DNA from: a phage | Sequence record: OZ346212.1 | DNA length: 64,000 nucleotides | Reading direction: 5' to 3' (one strand) | Shown here: positions 9,998 to 18,559 of the stretch, piece by piece | Layout: each line of letters begins with the position of its first letter | Position numbering within the stretch: the first letter of the stretch is position 1 | Position numbers and translations under genes: made by a program | Notes under the pieces: generated by a model | What the model was told of the DNA's origin: nothing | Seen by the model: the letters and a program-made list of their open reading frames with translations, nothing else | Database searches by the model: none

Positions 9998-10023
9998 GAT
10001 TGCAGAGGATTTGGGAGAGAATT

Positions 10024-10218
10024 ATGAGAAACAAGAAAGAGCTTTACTCTGGTGAGTGGATCAACGATCAACAGGTGGGAGAGGTAACCTGCTTCCGATG
10101 TTTTACCAGGTACAATCTTAAAACTGCACCAAAAAGTGTTCCAAAGACTGACGGTTATTACATAAAAGAACCTCATTGCCCAAAATGTAAATGCCGATTA
10201 TACTGGAGTAACCTGTAA
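10024..10218 (+). CDS. small zinc-ribbon protein
   Basis: ATG 10024 after GGGAGAGA; CFRC...CPKCKC cysteine pairs. Confidence 0.5.
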   Translation: MRNKKELYSGEWINDQQVGEVTCFRCFTRYNLKTAPKSVPKTDGYYIKEPHCPKCKCRLYWSNL

Positions 10219-10222
10219 AAGA

Positions 10223-10250
10223 TTGACATCTGAAAACTGCAGTGTATAAT
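10223..10250 (+). promoter_or_regulatory. sigma70-type promoter (TTGACA-16-TATAAT)
   Basis: Consensus hexamers 59 nt upstream of ATG 10282. Confidence 0.6.
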
Positions 10251-10281
10251 ATATGCATAAACTAACAGAGAGTGATGTATT

Positions 10282-10473
10282 ATGGTAATTTTTAACCGGG
10301 ATGGTATCATAGTTAGACAGCACCCGTTCCTTGAATACTATCAAATTGAGCAATGGTGCTACGGGGATTGCAGTCACTCCTATGGGCAAAGTTGGGGATA
10401 TCGTACAGTTTTTGAATCCACAGACCTTGACAAAGTAAAACAGAAAGTTTTAGAACTTCTTAACAACAAGTGA
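10282..10473 (+). CDS. hypothetical protein (63 aa)
   Basis: Track ORF downstream of consensus promoter. Confidence 0.5.
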   Translation: MVIFNRDGIIVRQHPFLEYYQIEQWCYGDCSHSYGQSWGYRTVFESTDLDKVKQKVLELLNNK

Positions 10474-10483
10474 GTATCGTGCC

Positions 10484-10816
10484 ATGGTAACATTGGAAAG
10501 ACGTAAAGCTATTGCCGCCACACTGGCAGACATCTTTTGGGATTGTAATTTAAAATCTACCCGAAATTGTGGTGCATCTGTAGATGTATTATTCCCACGG
10601 CCTACTATTGTTGCAATGGGCAACCTGCTCGATGTGGTATATGGAGCATGGGACAAGGAAGGTGGATTCTATATCTGGCAACCTGACTACGGGACTTGGA
10701 AAGAGGTTAGTGGTTCTTCGGACTTCACTCCTGCAGTGGCTAAAATGGATGGCTGGAAAATCTATGTCGGTAACGACATGGAACTGAAAGGCGAAATTGT
10801 TTACTGGTTACCTTAA
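10484..10816 (+). CDS. hypothetical protein (110 aa)
   Basis: Track ORF, co-directional. Confidence 0.55.
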   Translation: MVTLERRKAIAATLADIFWDCNLKSTRNCGASVDVLFPRPTIVAMGNLLDVVYGAWDKEGGFYIWQPDYGTWKEVSGSSDFTPAVAKMDGWKIYVGNDMELKGEIVYWLP

Positions 10817-10837
10817 GAAAGTCCAGGAGATAAAGTT

Positions 10838-11083
10838 ATGAACAAAGGGTGGACATTTGTAGACGGCGTTAAAAACATGCCTCTAGGAAAGTATATTGTA
10901 GCCATGGCAGATGAGAATGGCAAGGTTGATTTCGGAGTTTGCGAGGTTGTTCTTGCAGGATCTGGTGACTATGCTCACAAAACTGGGATAATTAACGGTC
11001 ATTTCTACTTTGATTACAACCCTGTTGTGGCGTATATGGCTATGCCAGAGTTCGAGCTCCCAAAGGAAGGTGCAGATGTTTAA
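10838..11083 (+). CDS. hypothetical protein (81 aa)
   Basis: SD AGGAGA upstream. Confidence 0.55.
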   Translation: MNKGWTFVDGVKNMPLGKYIVAMADENGKVDFGVCEVVLAGSGDYAHKTGIINGHFYFDYNPVVAYMAMPEFELPKEGADV

Positions 11084-11273
11084 GCTTAAATCTGCATGGA
11101 ACATCGCTGTGGGGGACGAGATCCGTATCCCAGGTGGAAAGACCATTATGAAAATATCTCGTATCGAGTACGAAGGTGATCGTGTATTTCATATCTTTGC
11201 AGAAGATGGTCGAGAGATTTATATACAGGTAGGATCTCACATCTATATTCGTAAGAAAGGGGAGGACAAATGA
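11076..11273 (+). CDS. hypothetical protein
   Basis: Internal ATG 11076 after AAGGAAGG; track ORF starts 11010. Confidence 0.5.
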   Translation: MFKLKSAWNIAVGDEIRIPGGKTIMKISRIEYEGDRVFHIFAEDGREIYIQVGSHIYIRKKGEDK

Positions 11274-11599
11274 CAGAGATCATCATTTCAACTGCAGGGT
11301 ATGTATTCCTGACAATCATTGCACTGGCTATTTTGGTGACAGTGTATGGGTTTGTTATCCTTCCTATCCTTGAGACATTTAGTTTGTGTCGGTGTTGGAG
11401 AAAAGCTTACGGTCCACAACCATGGAAGGACTGGCCCCACCTGGTGCGCTTAGCGTTCTCTTATGCTTACGATCACTCCAGTAGTGCATGCATAACCGGA
11501 TACCACGCCCACAACTGGAGCTGGGAAGGGTTGAGGAAATGGAATGTTACAAAGACCATACCTCTGCGCATGTACAAACCTAAAAACAAAGACAACTGA
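11270..11599 (+). CDS. hypothetical membrane protein
   Basis: N-terminal hydrophobic segment (IISTAGYVFLTIIALAILVTVYGFVILPIL); ATGA overlap. Confidence 0.5.
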   Translation: MTEIIISTAGYVFLTIIALAILVTVYGFVILPILETFSLCRCWRKAYGPQPWKDWPHLVRLAFSYAYDHSSSACITGYHAHNWSWEGLRKWNVTKTIPLRMYKPKNKDN

Positions 11600-12780
11600 T
11601 ACTTGAAAATTCCTGGCATATCAAGTATAAGGGGGATTTCTAAAATGGATTTCCTCCTTTTGATATTTCACCGGGCTGGATATTTTAAAATTCTTAGAAA
11701 ATCAGAAAATGGATCGAAAACTAAAATGGATTTTTCAGAGTAGGCGCGACAAGCTGAATAACTCATCCTATCGTTTGCACCATATTCCAGGCCACCATTA
11801 TAGATTTCCCACACATGCTAACCTCTCCCTACTAGAACTTCCTCCACTTACCCTTGACCTTCTATGGTAACAATCTAACCGCTATCTTGAAGTTGCGGTG
11901 CAGCTTTCCAGGTACTCGATCTACTTTTCATTTCAGGGCTTGGATTTTCTGAAAATTTTTCTCGATAAATTTCTCAGTACTCGATCTGTTTTTCGTTTTC
12001 TGAATCGGATTTTCTGGAAATCGTTCCGGCTCTCAACCTGAAATTTTTGGGGACGAAATCGATTTTTCGTTTTCAGAAATGGATTTTTAAAATTTCTATA
12101 TGGGAATATTTTAGTGGATACTGTTTTATAGGAAATTGTTACGGAGGGTAATTAGCATGCTAATTAAATTTATTAAATGCGAGGAGTTCTCATTTAGAAT
12201 TTTGAATGATAATCATTCTCGTTTGCAGAATAACGGGCAGGCCCGGTGATTGTCTCCCGGCCCCTGTTGCCCCGGCTTGTTATTATAGTATCACACAGGA
12301 CAAAGAAAGCAAGGACTTTTTGCATAAATTTTTAAATGATAATGATAACCGTTCTCATTTTATGCAGCGCCCATCCCCGGTGGTTGTCTCCCCCGTCACC
12401 GGTGCCTGCCGTCCTTTCGATATGTATATTGTGCCACCTGGCGGGGCCGCTGTCAACACTTTTCAAAAAATTTTTCTAACCTGGTGCGCTAACCGTTGCA
12501 ACCTGGCGGGGCCAGCCTGGCAGGACCTAACTGACCAGGTAGGGGAGAATGAAGGCTTGTAAACCTGGTGGGCCTATGCTACAGGATAGGTAACAATTGA
12601 AGAGGAGGTACAAAAATGATATGATCCCCCTGGAAAATGTAGCTATTAATGACTCTGAGGCTATCGCCCTGGTTGAAAAGGCTATGGCGGGAGCGTTGGA
12701 ACATAAAGAAGAGTACGAAAATGGTGGTTAACCTGGCGGGGGCGGCAGGTGGATTCTATCATAAAAATAATTTAAAATAG
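11600..12780. other. non-coding repeat-rich island
   Basis: About 1.2 kb without a convincing ORF; degenerate GGATTTTCTGRAAA / TACTCGATCT repeats, two tandem units with Fur-box-like GATAATGATAA sites, repeated CCTGGCGGGGC motif. Confidence 0.6.
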
Positions 12781-12861
12781 TAGTTGACAACAAGGTTAAT
12801 CATGGTATTATTACCCTACAAGGTGAACAACACCGCACTAACCAGTAAAGAGGATAAATTT

Positions 12862-13059
12862 ATGAACGCATACGGGATCAAAGTACGTCGCAACACTCGC
12901 CAGGTGGTCACCAATCAAGTGATTTGCCGGGTGGATGTAACCATCAACAACGGGCAAGGCCTTTATAAATTTCGTCGCGGTCATAGCTATACCCTGCAAC
13001 AGCTTAATCGTTGCGCCCTGACAAAAGGTCAGATCAACCACTGGTTTAATAAAAAATAA
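12862..13059 (+). CDS. hypothetical protein (65 aa)
   Basis: ATG 12862 after AAGAGGA; track ORF start 12784 is the promoter -35 TTG. Confidence 0.5.
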   Translation: MNAYGIKVRRNTRQVVTNQVICRVDVTINNGQGLYKFRRGHSYTLQQLNRCALTKGQINHWFNKK

Positions 13060-13062
13060 GTA

Positions 13063-13091
13063 TTGACATACAGTCAGACACCAAATACACT
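13063..13091 (+). promoter_or_regulatory. sigma70-type promoter (TTGACA-17-TACACT)
   Basis: -35/-10 hexamers 61 nt upstream of ATG 13124. Confidence 0.5.
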
Positions 13092-13123
13092 AAAAGCACA
13101 AAAGACACTAAGAGGATAAAATC

Positions 13124-13309
13124 ATGAAAACCACTACCTTTAATTTTGATAATGCAGACTTTTCTTTTTCTGATGTCAAGAACTGCCGCCGTGATCGTGG
13201 ATTTTACAAGGCTTATAATCTGGTGGGCCTGGACGATGACAATAATTTGCACGAAGTAGCTGAGATCCAGCTTGACAGATTGGACGGGAAAGTACTAAAA
13301 ACTTATTGA
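13124..13309 (+). CDS. hypothetical protein (61 aa)
   Basis: SD AAGAGGA then ATG. Confidence 0.55.
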   Translation: MKTTTFNFDNADFSFSDVKNCRRDRGFYKAYNLVGLDDDNNLHEVAEIQLDRLDGKVLKTY

Positions 13310-13310
13310 G

Positions 13311-13357
13311 TTTATTTTTAGATGGCCTTGACACCAGGGCCATCAATAAAGTAAACT
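13311..13357 (+). repeat. intergenic palindromic element, copy 1 (GATGGCC-TTGACACCA-GGCCATC)
   Basis: TTATTTTTAGATGGCCTTGACACCAGGGCCATCAATAAAGTAAAC; near-identical copies at 13933 and 17650, degenerate copy at 14266. Confidence 0.7.
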
Positions 13358-13509
13358 AACCACAGTTGAGCGGAAAAGGAGGCTTAAAGATGAGCACTAC
13401 ACGCCAGCACACAAAGGTAACCATCATCGTTTGCATCATTGGGTACATCCTGGCGCAAATGTTGATGGGTAGCGCCAACGGTGTCGCAAAATTTTTCTTA
13501 AACTTTTAA

Positions 13510-13537
13510 TTGACAAGCTAACTTAAATCGATATAAT
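13510..13537 (+). promoter_or_regulatory. sigma70-type promoter (TTGACA-16-TATAAT)
   Basis: Consensus hexamers about 79 nt upstream of ATG 13589. Confidence 0.6.
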
Positions 13538-13588
13538 AAGCACATAAACGGGAAAACTTCCCAGAACACACAAAAGGAGAAAAACACC

Positions 13589-13930
13589 ATGACTACTATG
13601 ACCGCCTCAGAAAAAGCTATGCAGATCGCTGAACTGAAAAAACAGATCGCAGACCTTGAGAATAAGATCGATAACTTTGAAATCGACGAGGACAAGTACG
13701 ACGAAAACTATGATGAATGGTTAGACGAGATCTACGGCGAAATTATGATCGGAAACATTTCTTTTCTTCCGTCGCGTATCCTCAAGGAGCTAGATCCTAT
13801 CGCTTACCGCTGCGGATTTAGCGACTACATCGACAGCCTGGATATTGAGGACGATGAAGAATACCAGGAATTACAGACAGAGTTAGAAGAAGCAAAAGAA
13901 GAGCTTGCGGAGCTGGAAGAAAACGAGTAA
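13589..13930 (+). CDS. hypothetical acidic coiled-coil protein (113 aa)
   Basis: SD AAGGAGA; D/E-rich with heptad-like N-terminus. Confidence 0.55.
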   Translation: MTTMTASEKAMQIAELKKQIADLENKIDNFEIDEDKYDENYDEWLDEIYGEIMIGNISFLPSRILKELDPIAYRCGFSDYIDSLDIEDDEEYQELQTELEEAKEELAELEENE

Positions 13931-13932
13931 GC

Positions 13933-13978
13933 TTATTTTTAGATGGCCTTGACACCAGGGCCATCAATAAAGTAAACT
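13933..13978 (+). repeat. intergenic palindromic element, copy 2
   Basis: Identical core to copy 1, directly after stop of 13589-13930. Confidence 0.7.
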
Positions 13979-14019
13979 TTATACTGTTAACACTGAACTA
14001 ATGCATAGGAGTTAAAACC

Positions 14020-14265
14020 ATGGCAGCACTAATCACCAAATATTATGCCCCTACCAACACCAAAAGCGCCCGTATCATGGTAAAAGGCTTCGGACGTAAA
14101 AAGGTGTACACCTGGGATTATGCCTTAGACACGGAAGACAACTACACCAACGCAATGACCGATTTTATTAATGAACTAAATAAGCAGATCTTGACAAGTT
14201 ATAAAGTGACCGATATTGCTTATATAGGTGAAGGCGGGATCTGTTTTGTAGGCATTGTGAAATAG
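14020..14265 (+). CDS. hypothetical protein (81 aa)
   Basis: SD TAGGAG then ATG. Confidence 0.55.
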   Translation: MAALITKYYAPTNTKSARIMVKGFGRKKVYTWDYALDTEDNYTNAMTDFINELNKQILTSYKVTDIAYIGEGGICFVGIVK

Positions 14266-14339
14266 TTATTTTTTCGGTGGTCCTGGTTGCAGGGCCATCT
14301 ATAAAGATAATTTATTAACACCATGAAAGGAGAAAGTAC

Positions 14340-14693
14340 ATGATCAGCGGGGCAAGTTTTATTATTGGCGCTATTGCTACGGCTTTAATTGTAAATAAGA
14401 TCCAGGATAAAAAGGAAAGAGGAAGTACCGCCCTTGCAGAATATCCATTTTGGGCATTCAACGATAACGAAGATTATATTATAAAGTATAAAAATAAAGA
14501 AGGTGACCAAGTAACACCGCGACCGATCCCGGCTTACAAAATGCAGGAAACACTATACCGCCTGGAGGCGGGTGGCGCAAAAATTGTAGACTTTTGGGGA
14601 TACGACCACACAGATCAGGAAGTTATAAAGCGCCGTATCCGGGCTATTCAGGCCAATATTGAAGTTAGCAAGGGGGGAATATATGAAAATTAA
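14340..14693 (+). CDS. hypothetical protein with N-terminal transmembrane segment
   Basis: SD AAAGGAGAAAG; hydrophobic N-terminus SFIIGAIATALIV. Confidence 0.55.
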   Translation: MISGASFIIGAIATALIVNKIQDKKERGSTALAEYPFWAFNDNEDYIIKYKNKEGDQVTPRPIPAYKMQETLYRLEAGGAKIVDFWGYDHTDQEVIKRRIRAIQANIEVSKGGIYEN

Positions 14694-14880
14694 TTTCGAG
14701 AAAATTGTAAAGCGCCCTCATGATTCCGAAGAGCTGCCAGAACGCCGCCAGCGTAACAATAAACTGAATAAGCCAAAAAGGTTTGGGAAGATCTGGCGTA
14801 ATCATTATGATCGTAAATTGCCCGGCCTACTTTTGGAACGTGAACGACAGGCAGAACGATACCGCCATAAAGACAAATAA
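14683..14880 (+). CDS. hypothetical basic protein
   Basis: Internal ATG 14683 after AAGGGGGG; R/K-rich. Confidence 0.45.
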   Translation: MKINFEKIVKRPHDSEELPERRQRNNKLNKPKRFGKIWRNHYDRKLPGLLLERERQAERYRHKDK

Positions 14881-14888
14881 CAACCAAC

Positions 14889-14917
14889 GCCCCGCCATTG
14901 TGCGGGGCTTTTTATTT
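14889..14917 (+). terminator. rho-independent terminator
   Basis: GCCCCGC-cattgt-GCGGGGC followed by TTTTTATTT. Confidence 0.7.
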
Positions 14918-15037
14918 CTATCCTACGAATAGCGCCCCTGGTTGGCCCTGTAAGCGCCAAAAAGGCCCCCACCTATGCAATCGCCCCTTTAACCTGAAAA
15001 CATCGCCCAGGGCCGTTTCATGGCGTTAAAAATATCA

Positions 15038-15065
15038 TTGACATCGTCAACAGGTTAGCTATACT
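15038..15065 (+). promoter_or_regulatory. sigma70-type promoter (TTGACA-16-TATACT)
   Basis: Hexamers 60 nt upstream of ATG 15098. Confidence 0.6.
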
Positions 15066-15097
15066 AACCACATCAAAGAGAGAAAGGAGTAAACGCC

Positions 15098-15358
15098 ATG
15101 CGTAAATTAAAAAATTTTGATAAAGTTGATGTTATCCTGAATAATTTTTACTACTGCAACAACAAGGCTATTTGGTGGCGTGATAGTTCCACCGATAAAG
15201 TCAGGGCGCGCTTTCTTCAGGGGCACTGGCAAGGCCGCCCAGTGATTAAAATCATGGGGCAATCGGTAGCGTTTAAAAATTGCCGCCGTGTTGATGACGT
15301 TGAGGAGATTTTAAACATTTTGCGCCACAATAATTTAAAAAATAGTGTTGACAAGTAA
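15098..15358 (+). CDS. hypothetical protein (86 aa)
   Basis: SD AAAGGAG then ATG. Confidence 0.55.
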   Translation: MRKLKNFDKVDVILNNFYYCNNKAIWWRDSSTDKVRARFLQGHWQGRPVIKIMGQSVAFKNCRRVDDVEEILNILRHNNLKNSVDK

Positions 15359-15375
15359 GCCTCAATAAGTATACT
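15348..15375 (+). promoter_or_regulatory. sigma70-type promoter (TTGACA-16-TATACT)
   Basis: Overlaps last codons of upstream gene; followed by leader hairpin GGCGGGAA-aac-TTCCCGCC. Confidence 0.6.
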
Positions 15376-15432
15376 TAAACACACAGGCGGGAAAACTTCC
15401 CGCCACTAACAAAGAAAATAGGAGAAAATATC

Positions 15433-16056
15433 ATGACCACCGTTAACATTACCGCAGGTTACAATTTATCTTTCGACGTGCTGACCGACGAACAAAAAGA
15501 AAAAGCCGTTGAAATGGTCCGCGAAAGAGAAGAACACAGCGGGGATAACTTTTTTGCAGAAAGTGTAATTGAATACTATAAAGAATATGTTTTTCCAGAG
15601 TATGGCCTTGAAGATACCGAAGTACATTGGTCAGGCTTTTGGTGCCAGGGTGACGGCGCGTCAATCAGTGCTGAAAACGTGGATTTAGAAAAATTTTTAC
15701 GTAAAGTAAAGGCCCTGACCAAGTTCCGATCAATTCGTCACTTGTTCGGCACAATGCACGATGGCGAGTTATCAGCCAGTGTTGAACGCGACAAGTACAG
15801 CCATTACAGCCATGAAAACACTGTAAGCGGGTACATTGATACCACTTGGCTAGATCTGACCGCCAAACAAGAAAACAAAGTGGAAGACCTGGAAGAACTG
15901 ATCACCGAGACGGTACGGGAGCTATCCCGCAAGGTTTACGTAGACCTGGAGGAGGCCTATCTAGAACAGTTCACCGCAGAAAACCTGATCGGCCTTATCG
16001 AGGCCAATGATTGGCGGTTTGATGTCGATGAATATGGTGAGATGACTTTTTCATAA
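15433..16056 (+). CDS. hypothetical acidic protein (207 aa)
   Basis: SD TAGGAGA; strongly D/E-rich. Confidence 0.6.
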   Translation: MTTVNITAGYNLSFDVLTDEQKEKAVEMVREREEHSGDNFFAESVIEYYKEYVFPEYGLEDTEVHWSGFWCQGDGASISAENVDLEKFLRKVKALTKFRSIRHLFGTMHDGELSASVERDKYSHYSHENTVSGYIDTTWLDLTAKQENKVEDLEELITETVRELSRKVYVDLEEAYLEQFTAENLIGLIEANDWRFDVDEYGEMTFS

Positions 16057-16146
16057 ATAAAGTGTTGCAATAACCTAAAAACCTGCTATATTAAAACTCA
16101 AGGGGGCAAGACGTTTGCCCCAACACAAAACAAAGAGGATAACATC

Positions 16147-16527
16147 ATGAAAAACACTACCAAGGCTATTGACACCGTTATGTTTAACCTGGTTACATTC
16201 CGTGAAGATATGAAAGATCTTCCTCGTGAAACAGTGTGCGACCATATCGAAAACTATCGCAAACTAATCAAAGAGTTGCCTTTAAAACGTGATCAATATG
16301 CGGCTAACGCCATGCTTAATGCCATGATCAAAAAGATGATCCAGTGTGATTTAACCCTGGCCTATGATTATGCAGGCGGTCGTTTTGCAGTATACAATCA
16401 GCCCGTGCCCGGTATGAGCACCACCGAAGAATTGCACGCGCTCAATCTAAAACAAGACGTGTGGGATAGTATGCCTCGCGTGGTGGTATGGGTAGAAAGC
16501 GGAAAGATTTACGGCGATAATTTTTAA
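16147..16527 (+). CDS. hypothetical protein (126 aa)
   Basis: SD AAGAGGA then ATG. Confidence 0.55.
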   Translation: MKNTTKAIDTVMFNLVTFREDMKDLPRETVCDHIENYRKLIKELPLKRDQYAANAMLNAMIKKMIQCDLTLAYDYAGGRFAVYNQPVPGMSTTEELHALNLKQDVWDSMPRVVVWVESGKIYGDNF

Positions 16528-16536
16528 TCAGGTAGC

Positions 16537-16563
16537 AGGCGGCATATTTGCCGCCTTATTGTT
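16537..16563 (+). terminator. rho-independent terminator
   Basis: AGGCGGCA-tatt-TGCCGCCT followed by TATTGTT. Confidence 0.6.
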
Positions 16564-16591
16564 AATCAGAACTGTAAAAGAGGTACATAGA

Positions 16592-16963
16592 ATGGAATTT
16601 ATTATTTTGGCTGTATTGGTTGCCTTGTTTAACGCCTGGATCGCTGGCAAGATGGGAAGATCCGCCTTTTTATGGTTTATTATATCTATTTTCCTGGGGG
16701 TGGTTGCAACTATTGTATTGGTTATCCTTGCAATTGTTGACAAGGGGAATAATAGAAAGGGTAAAGTATTTTCAGACCTGTACGACGCTCAAACGTTTGT
16801 CAACGCCTATTATAGTGATCTTCCAGTCTCCCTACGTTGCAGCCTTGCACAACAGGTTTTCGATGAAGCTAAAACCAGAGATCACGCCCATGAGATTTGT
16901 TTAACTGAGGCGGATCGCCTATTTGAGAGGAATAGAAAATATGTGGACCAGCCGTTTAAATAA
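16592..16963 (+). CDS. hypothetical membrane protein (two predicted TM helices)
   Basis: ATG 16592 after AAAGAGG; IILAVLVALFNAWIAG and FLWFIISIFLGVVATIVLVILAIV hydrophobic stretches. Confidence 0.55.
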   Translation: MEFIILAVLVALFNAWIAGKMGRSAFLWFIISIFLGVVATIVLVILAIVDKGNNRKGKVFSDLYDAQTFVNAYYSDLPVSLRCSLAQQVFDEAKTRDHAHEICLTEADRLFERNRKYVDQPFK

Positions 16964-17306
16964 TGCCACGTTAATTAACCCCTTTAGTAAAGATTTGAAG
17001 CCAGCCGCCTGGCGGGATGGATTCAATAACGAACGCTTTATTTTCAGGCCTGATCTTGAGGAATTTTATAACAATGGATCGAACAACAGCGGAGATAATT
17101 TTTCTTGTGGTGTGTGTCGTGATAGGACTCCTGGGGGCCATTGTAGATCGCGTCACTACTACCAGAAGGAAAGGGGGAGACGATGACAACCAAGGATAAG
17201 CCCCGCACCGATAAGGTGCGCCGTGTTATGGTATGGCTTGAGATCATCGCCCTTGAAATATTGTTAGGCGTAGGGATGTATTTTATCTCTGTAAGTAACT
17301 GATAAC

Positions 17307-17338
17307 GGCCCCCGATCCCTGGGGGGCCTAACTTTTTT
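17307..17338 (+). terminator. rho-independent terminator
   Basis: GGCCCCC-gatccct-GGGGGGCC followed by TAACTTTTTTC. Confidence 0.65.
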
Positions 17339-17445
17339 CAAAAAATTTTTCTTCCGGGGTGTTGCAATCCGGTCCTGAATATGGATAATAACAATCAACG
17401 GGGAAACATCCCCACCAACACAAAAACCAGAAAGGAGAAACAAAA

Positions 17446-17646
17446 ATGAGCAACAATATCCGCGTTATTAACTTCAAAAAAGAAGAAAAAATTGCCGTGC
17501 TGATTGACGGTCAAGAAATCTTCAAGGGCGACTATGAAGATCATCAAACGGCGATTAGTATCACTCGCGTGATTGGTTACCATAATTTTTACCCCCAAGG
17601 CGCTGAGGCGGCGGTTAAACGAATCAAAGAGATTGTAGGCCTGTAA
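17446..17646 (+). CDS. hypothetical protein (66 aa)
   Basis: TTGCAA/GATAAT promoter, leader hairpin, SD AAAGGAGA. Confidence 0.55.
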   Translation: MSNNIRVINFKKEEKIAVLIDGQEIFKGDYEDHQTAISITRVIGYHNFYPQGAEAAVKRIKEIVGL

Positions 17647-17649
17647 AAT

Positions 17650-17695
17650 TTATTTTTAGATGGCCTTGACTCTAGGGCCATCAATAAAGTAAATT
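17650..17695 (+). repeat. intergenic palindromic element, copy 3 (TTGACT variant)
   Basis: TTATTTTTAGATGGCCTTGACTCTAGGGCCATCAATAAAGTAAAT. Confidence 0.7.
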
Positions 17696-17739
17696 TAAAC
17701 CCTGTTAAAATACCACGCAGTTAACAAGGAGTAATGATC

Positions 17740-18039
17740 ATGTTTATCCAGGCTAATAATCTTTATTTCTTTGATGGTCAGATCGTAGATGGTGTGGAAG
17801 TGGAGATCACTGGGTGCCCTGGTGGTCAGGCTATGACTTTTCGGAATAATGCCTTTGATGATTCTCATATCGTTATGAGAATGGAAGTTACAAAGCTGGA
17901 CGACAAGAAAACGCTCATTGACTATTCCGTGAAAGATCATCCAGACTACCACATGATCTATGGTGATTTGTGCATTGTTGACCGTGACAAGGTGGGCGGC
18001 ATTGTGATCGCTATTGTGAACGATGTTTTCTCTGTATAG
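17740..18039 (+). CDS. hypothetical protein
   Basis: Second ATG (17740) has better spacing from SD AAGGAG than track start 17734. Confidence 0.55.
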   Translation: MFIQANNLYFFDGQIVDGVEVEITGCPGGQAMTFRNNAFDDSHIVMRMEVTKLDDKKTLIDYSVKDHPDYHMIYGDLCIVDRDKVGGIVIAIVNDVFSV

Positions 18040-18097
18040 TTCCGGCAAATGATGCAAAATAAGGCCCCTAGCAGGGCCTACAGCGATATAATCACAT

Positions 18098-18130
18098 AAA
18101 GGCCATGCAACCGCATGGCCTTTATTATTT
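18098..18130 (+). terminator. rho-independent terminator
   Basis: AAGGCCATGC-aacc-GCATGGCCTT followed by TATTATTTT. Confidence 0.7.
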
Positions 18131-18217
18131 TGGCGTTACAGCGGCCCCAAGGCGCTTAAAAATTTTTTAAAGAAGTACTTGCATCAAGCCCTACAATATG
18201 GATAATAGGACGTGTCA

Positions 18218-18231
18218 GGGGGGGGGGGGGG
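18218..18231 (+). repeat. homopolymeric G tract (14 nt) in a 5' leader
   Basis: G14 between the TTGCAT/GATAAT promoter and the SD of gene 18271. Confidence 0.8.
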
Positions 18232-18270
18232 AGGCCCCAATCATTAACCGGATAGATAGGAGTTAAAACC

Positions 18271-18555
18271 ATGGCTATTGTTACCGCTGGCGATGTAGTA
18301 GAAATGGAAGCAAAATACTTAAAAGCGGGTATGCATATCCTACGCAACGATCTTGAACTGGTCCTGACAATGGTTGACTATAACCCAGGGCAAGATTATC
18401 CAAGTGTTGACTACTTTTTTGAGTATGTTGATGAAGAGTTGAAAGAGGATGAGGCCTATTGCGGTGAGTTCTGCAACTTCTTTTGTCCTGATGAGGTTGT
18501 AAAGGTTATCTATCAACCTGGCGTAGCTTTCCCGCTGCACGCTATCAATAAATAA
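18271..18555 (+). CDS. hypothetical protein (94 aa)
   Basis: SD TAGGAG then ATG. Confidence 0.55.
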   Translation: MAIVTAGDVVEMEAKYLKAGMHILRNDLELVLTMVDYNPGQDYPSVDYFFEYVDEELKEDEAYCGEFCNFFCPDEVVKVIYQPGVAFPLHAINK

Positions 18556-18559
18556 ACCT

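Noticed and set aside
12206-12562. 118-codon plus-strand ORF in the non-coding island
   Set aside because: Starts inside a Fur-box-like sequence, spans both tandem units and the GC-rich repeats, has no SD and a non-protein-like translation. More likely regulatory or RNA sequence.
16923-17247. Several overlapping short ORFs (60-87 aa on both strands) between 16963 and the terminator at 17307
   Set aside because: Mutually exclusive frames and no clear SD for the track ORFs. A 39-aa ORF (17183-17302, AAGGGGGA SD, single TM helix) is the most plausible product but is too short to call with confidence.
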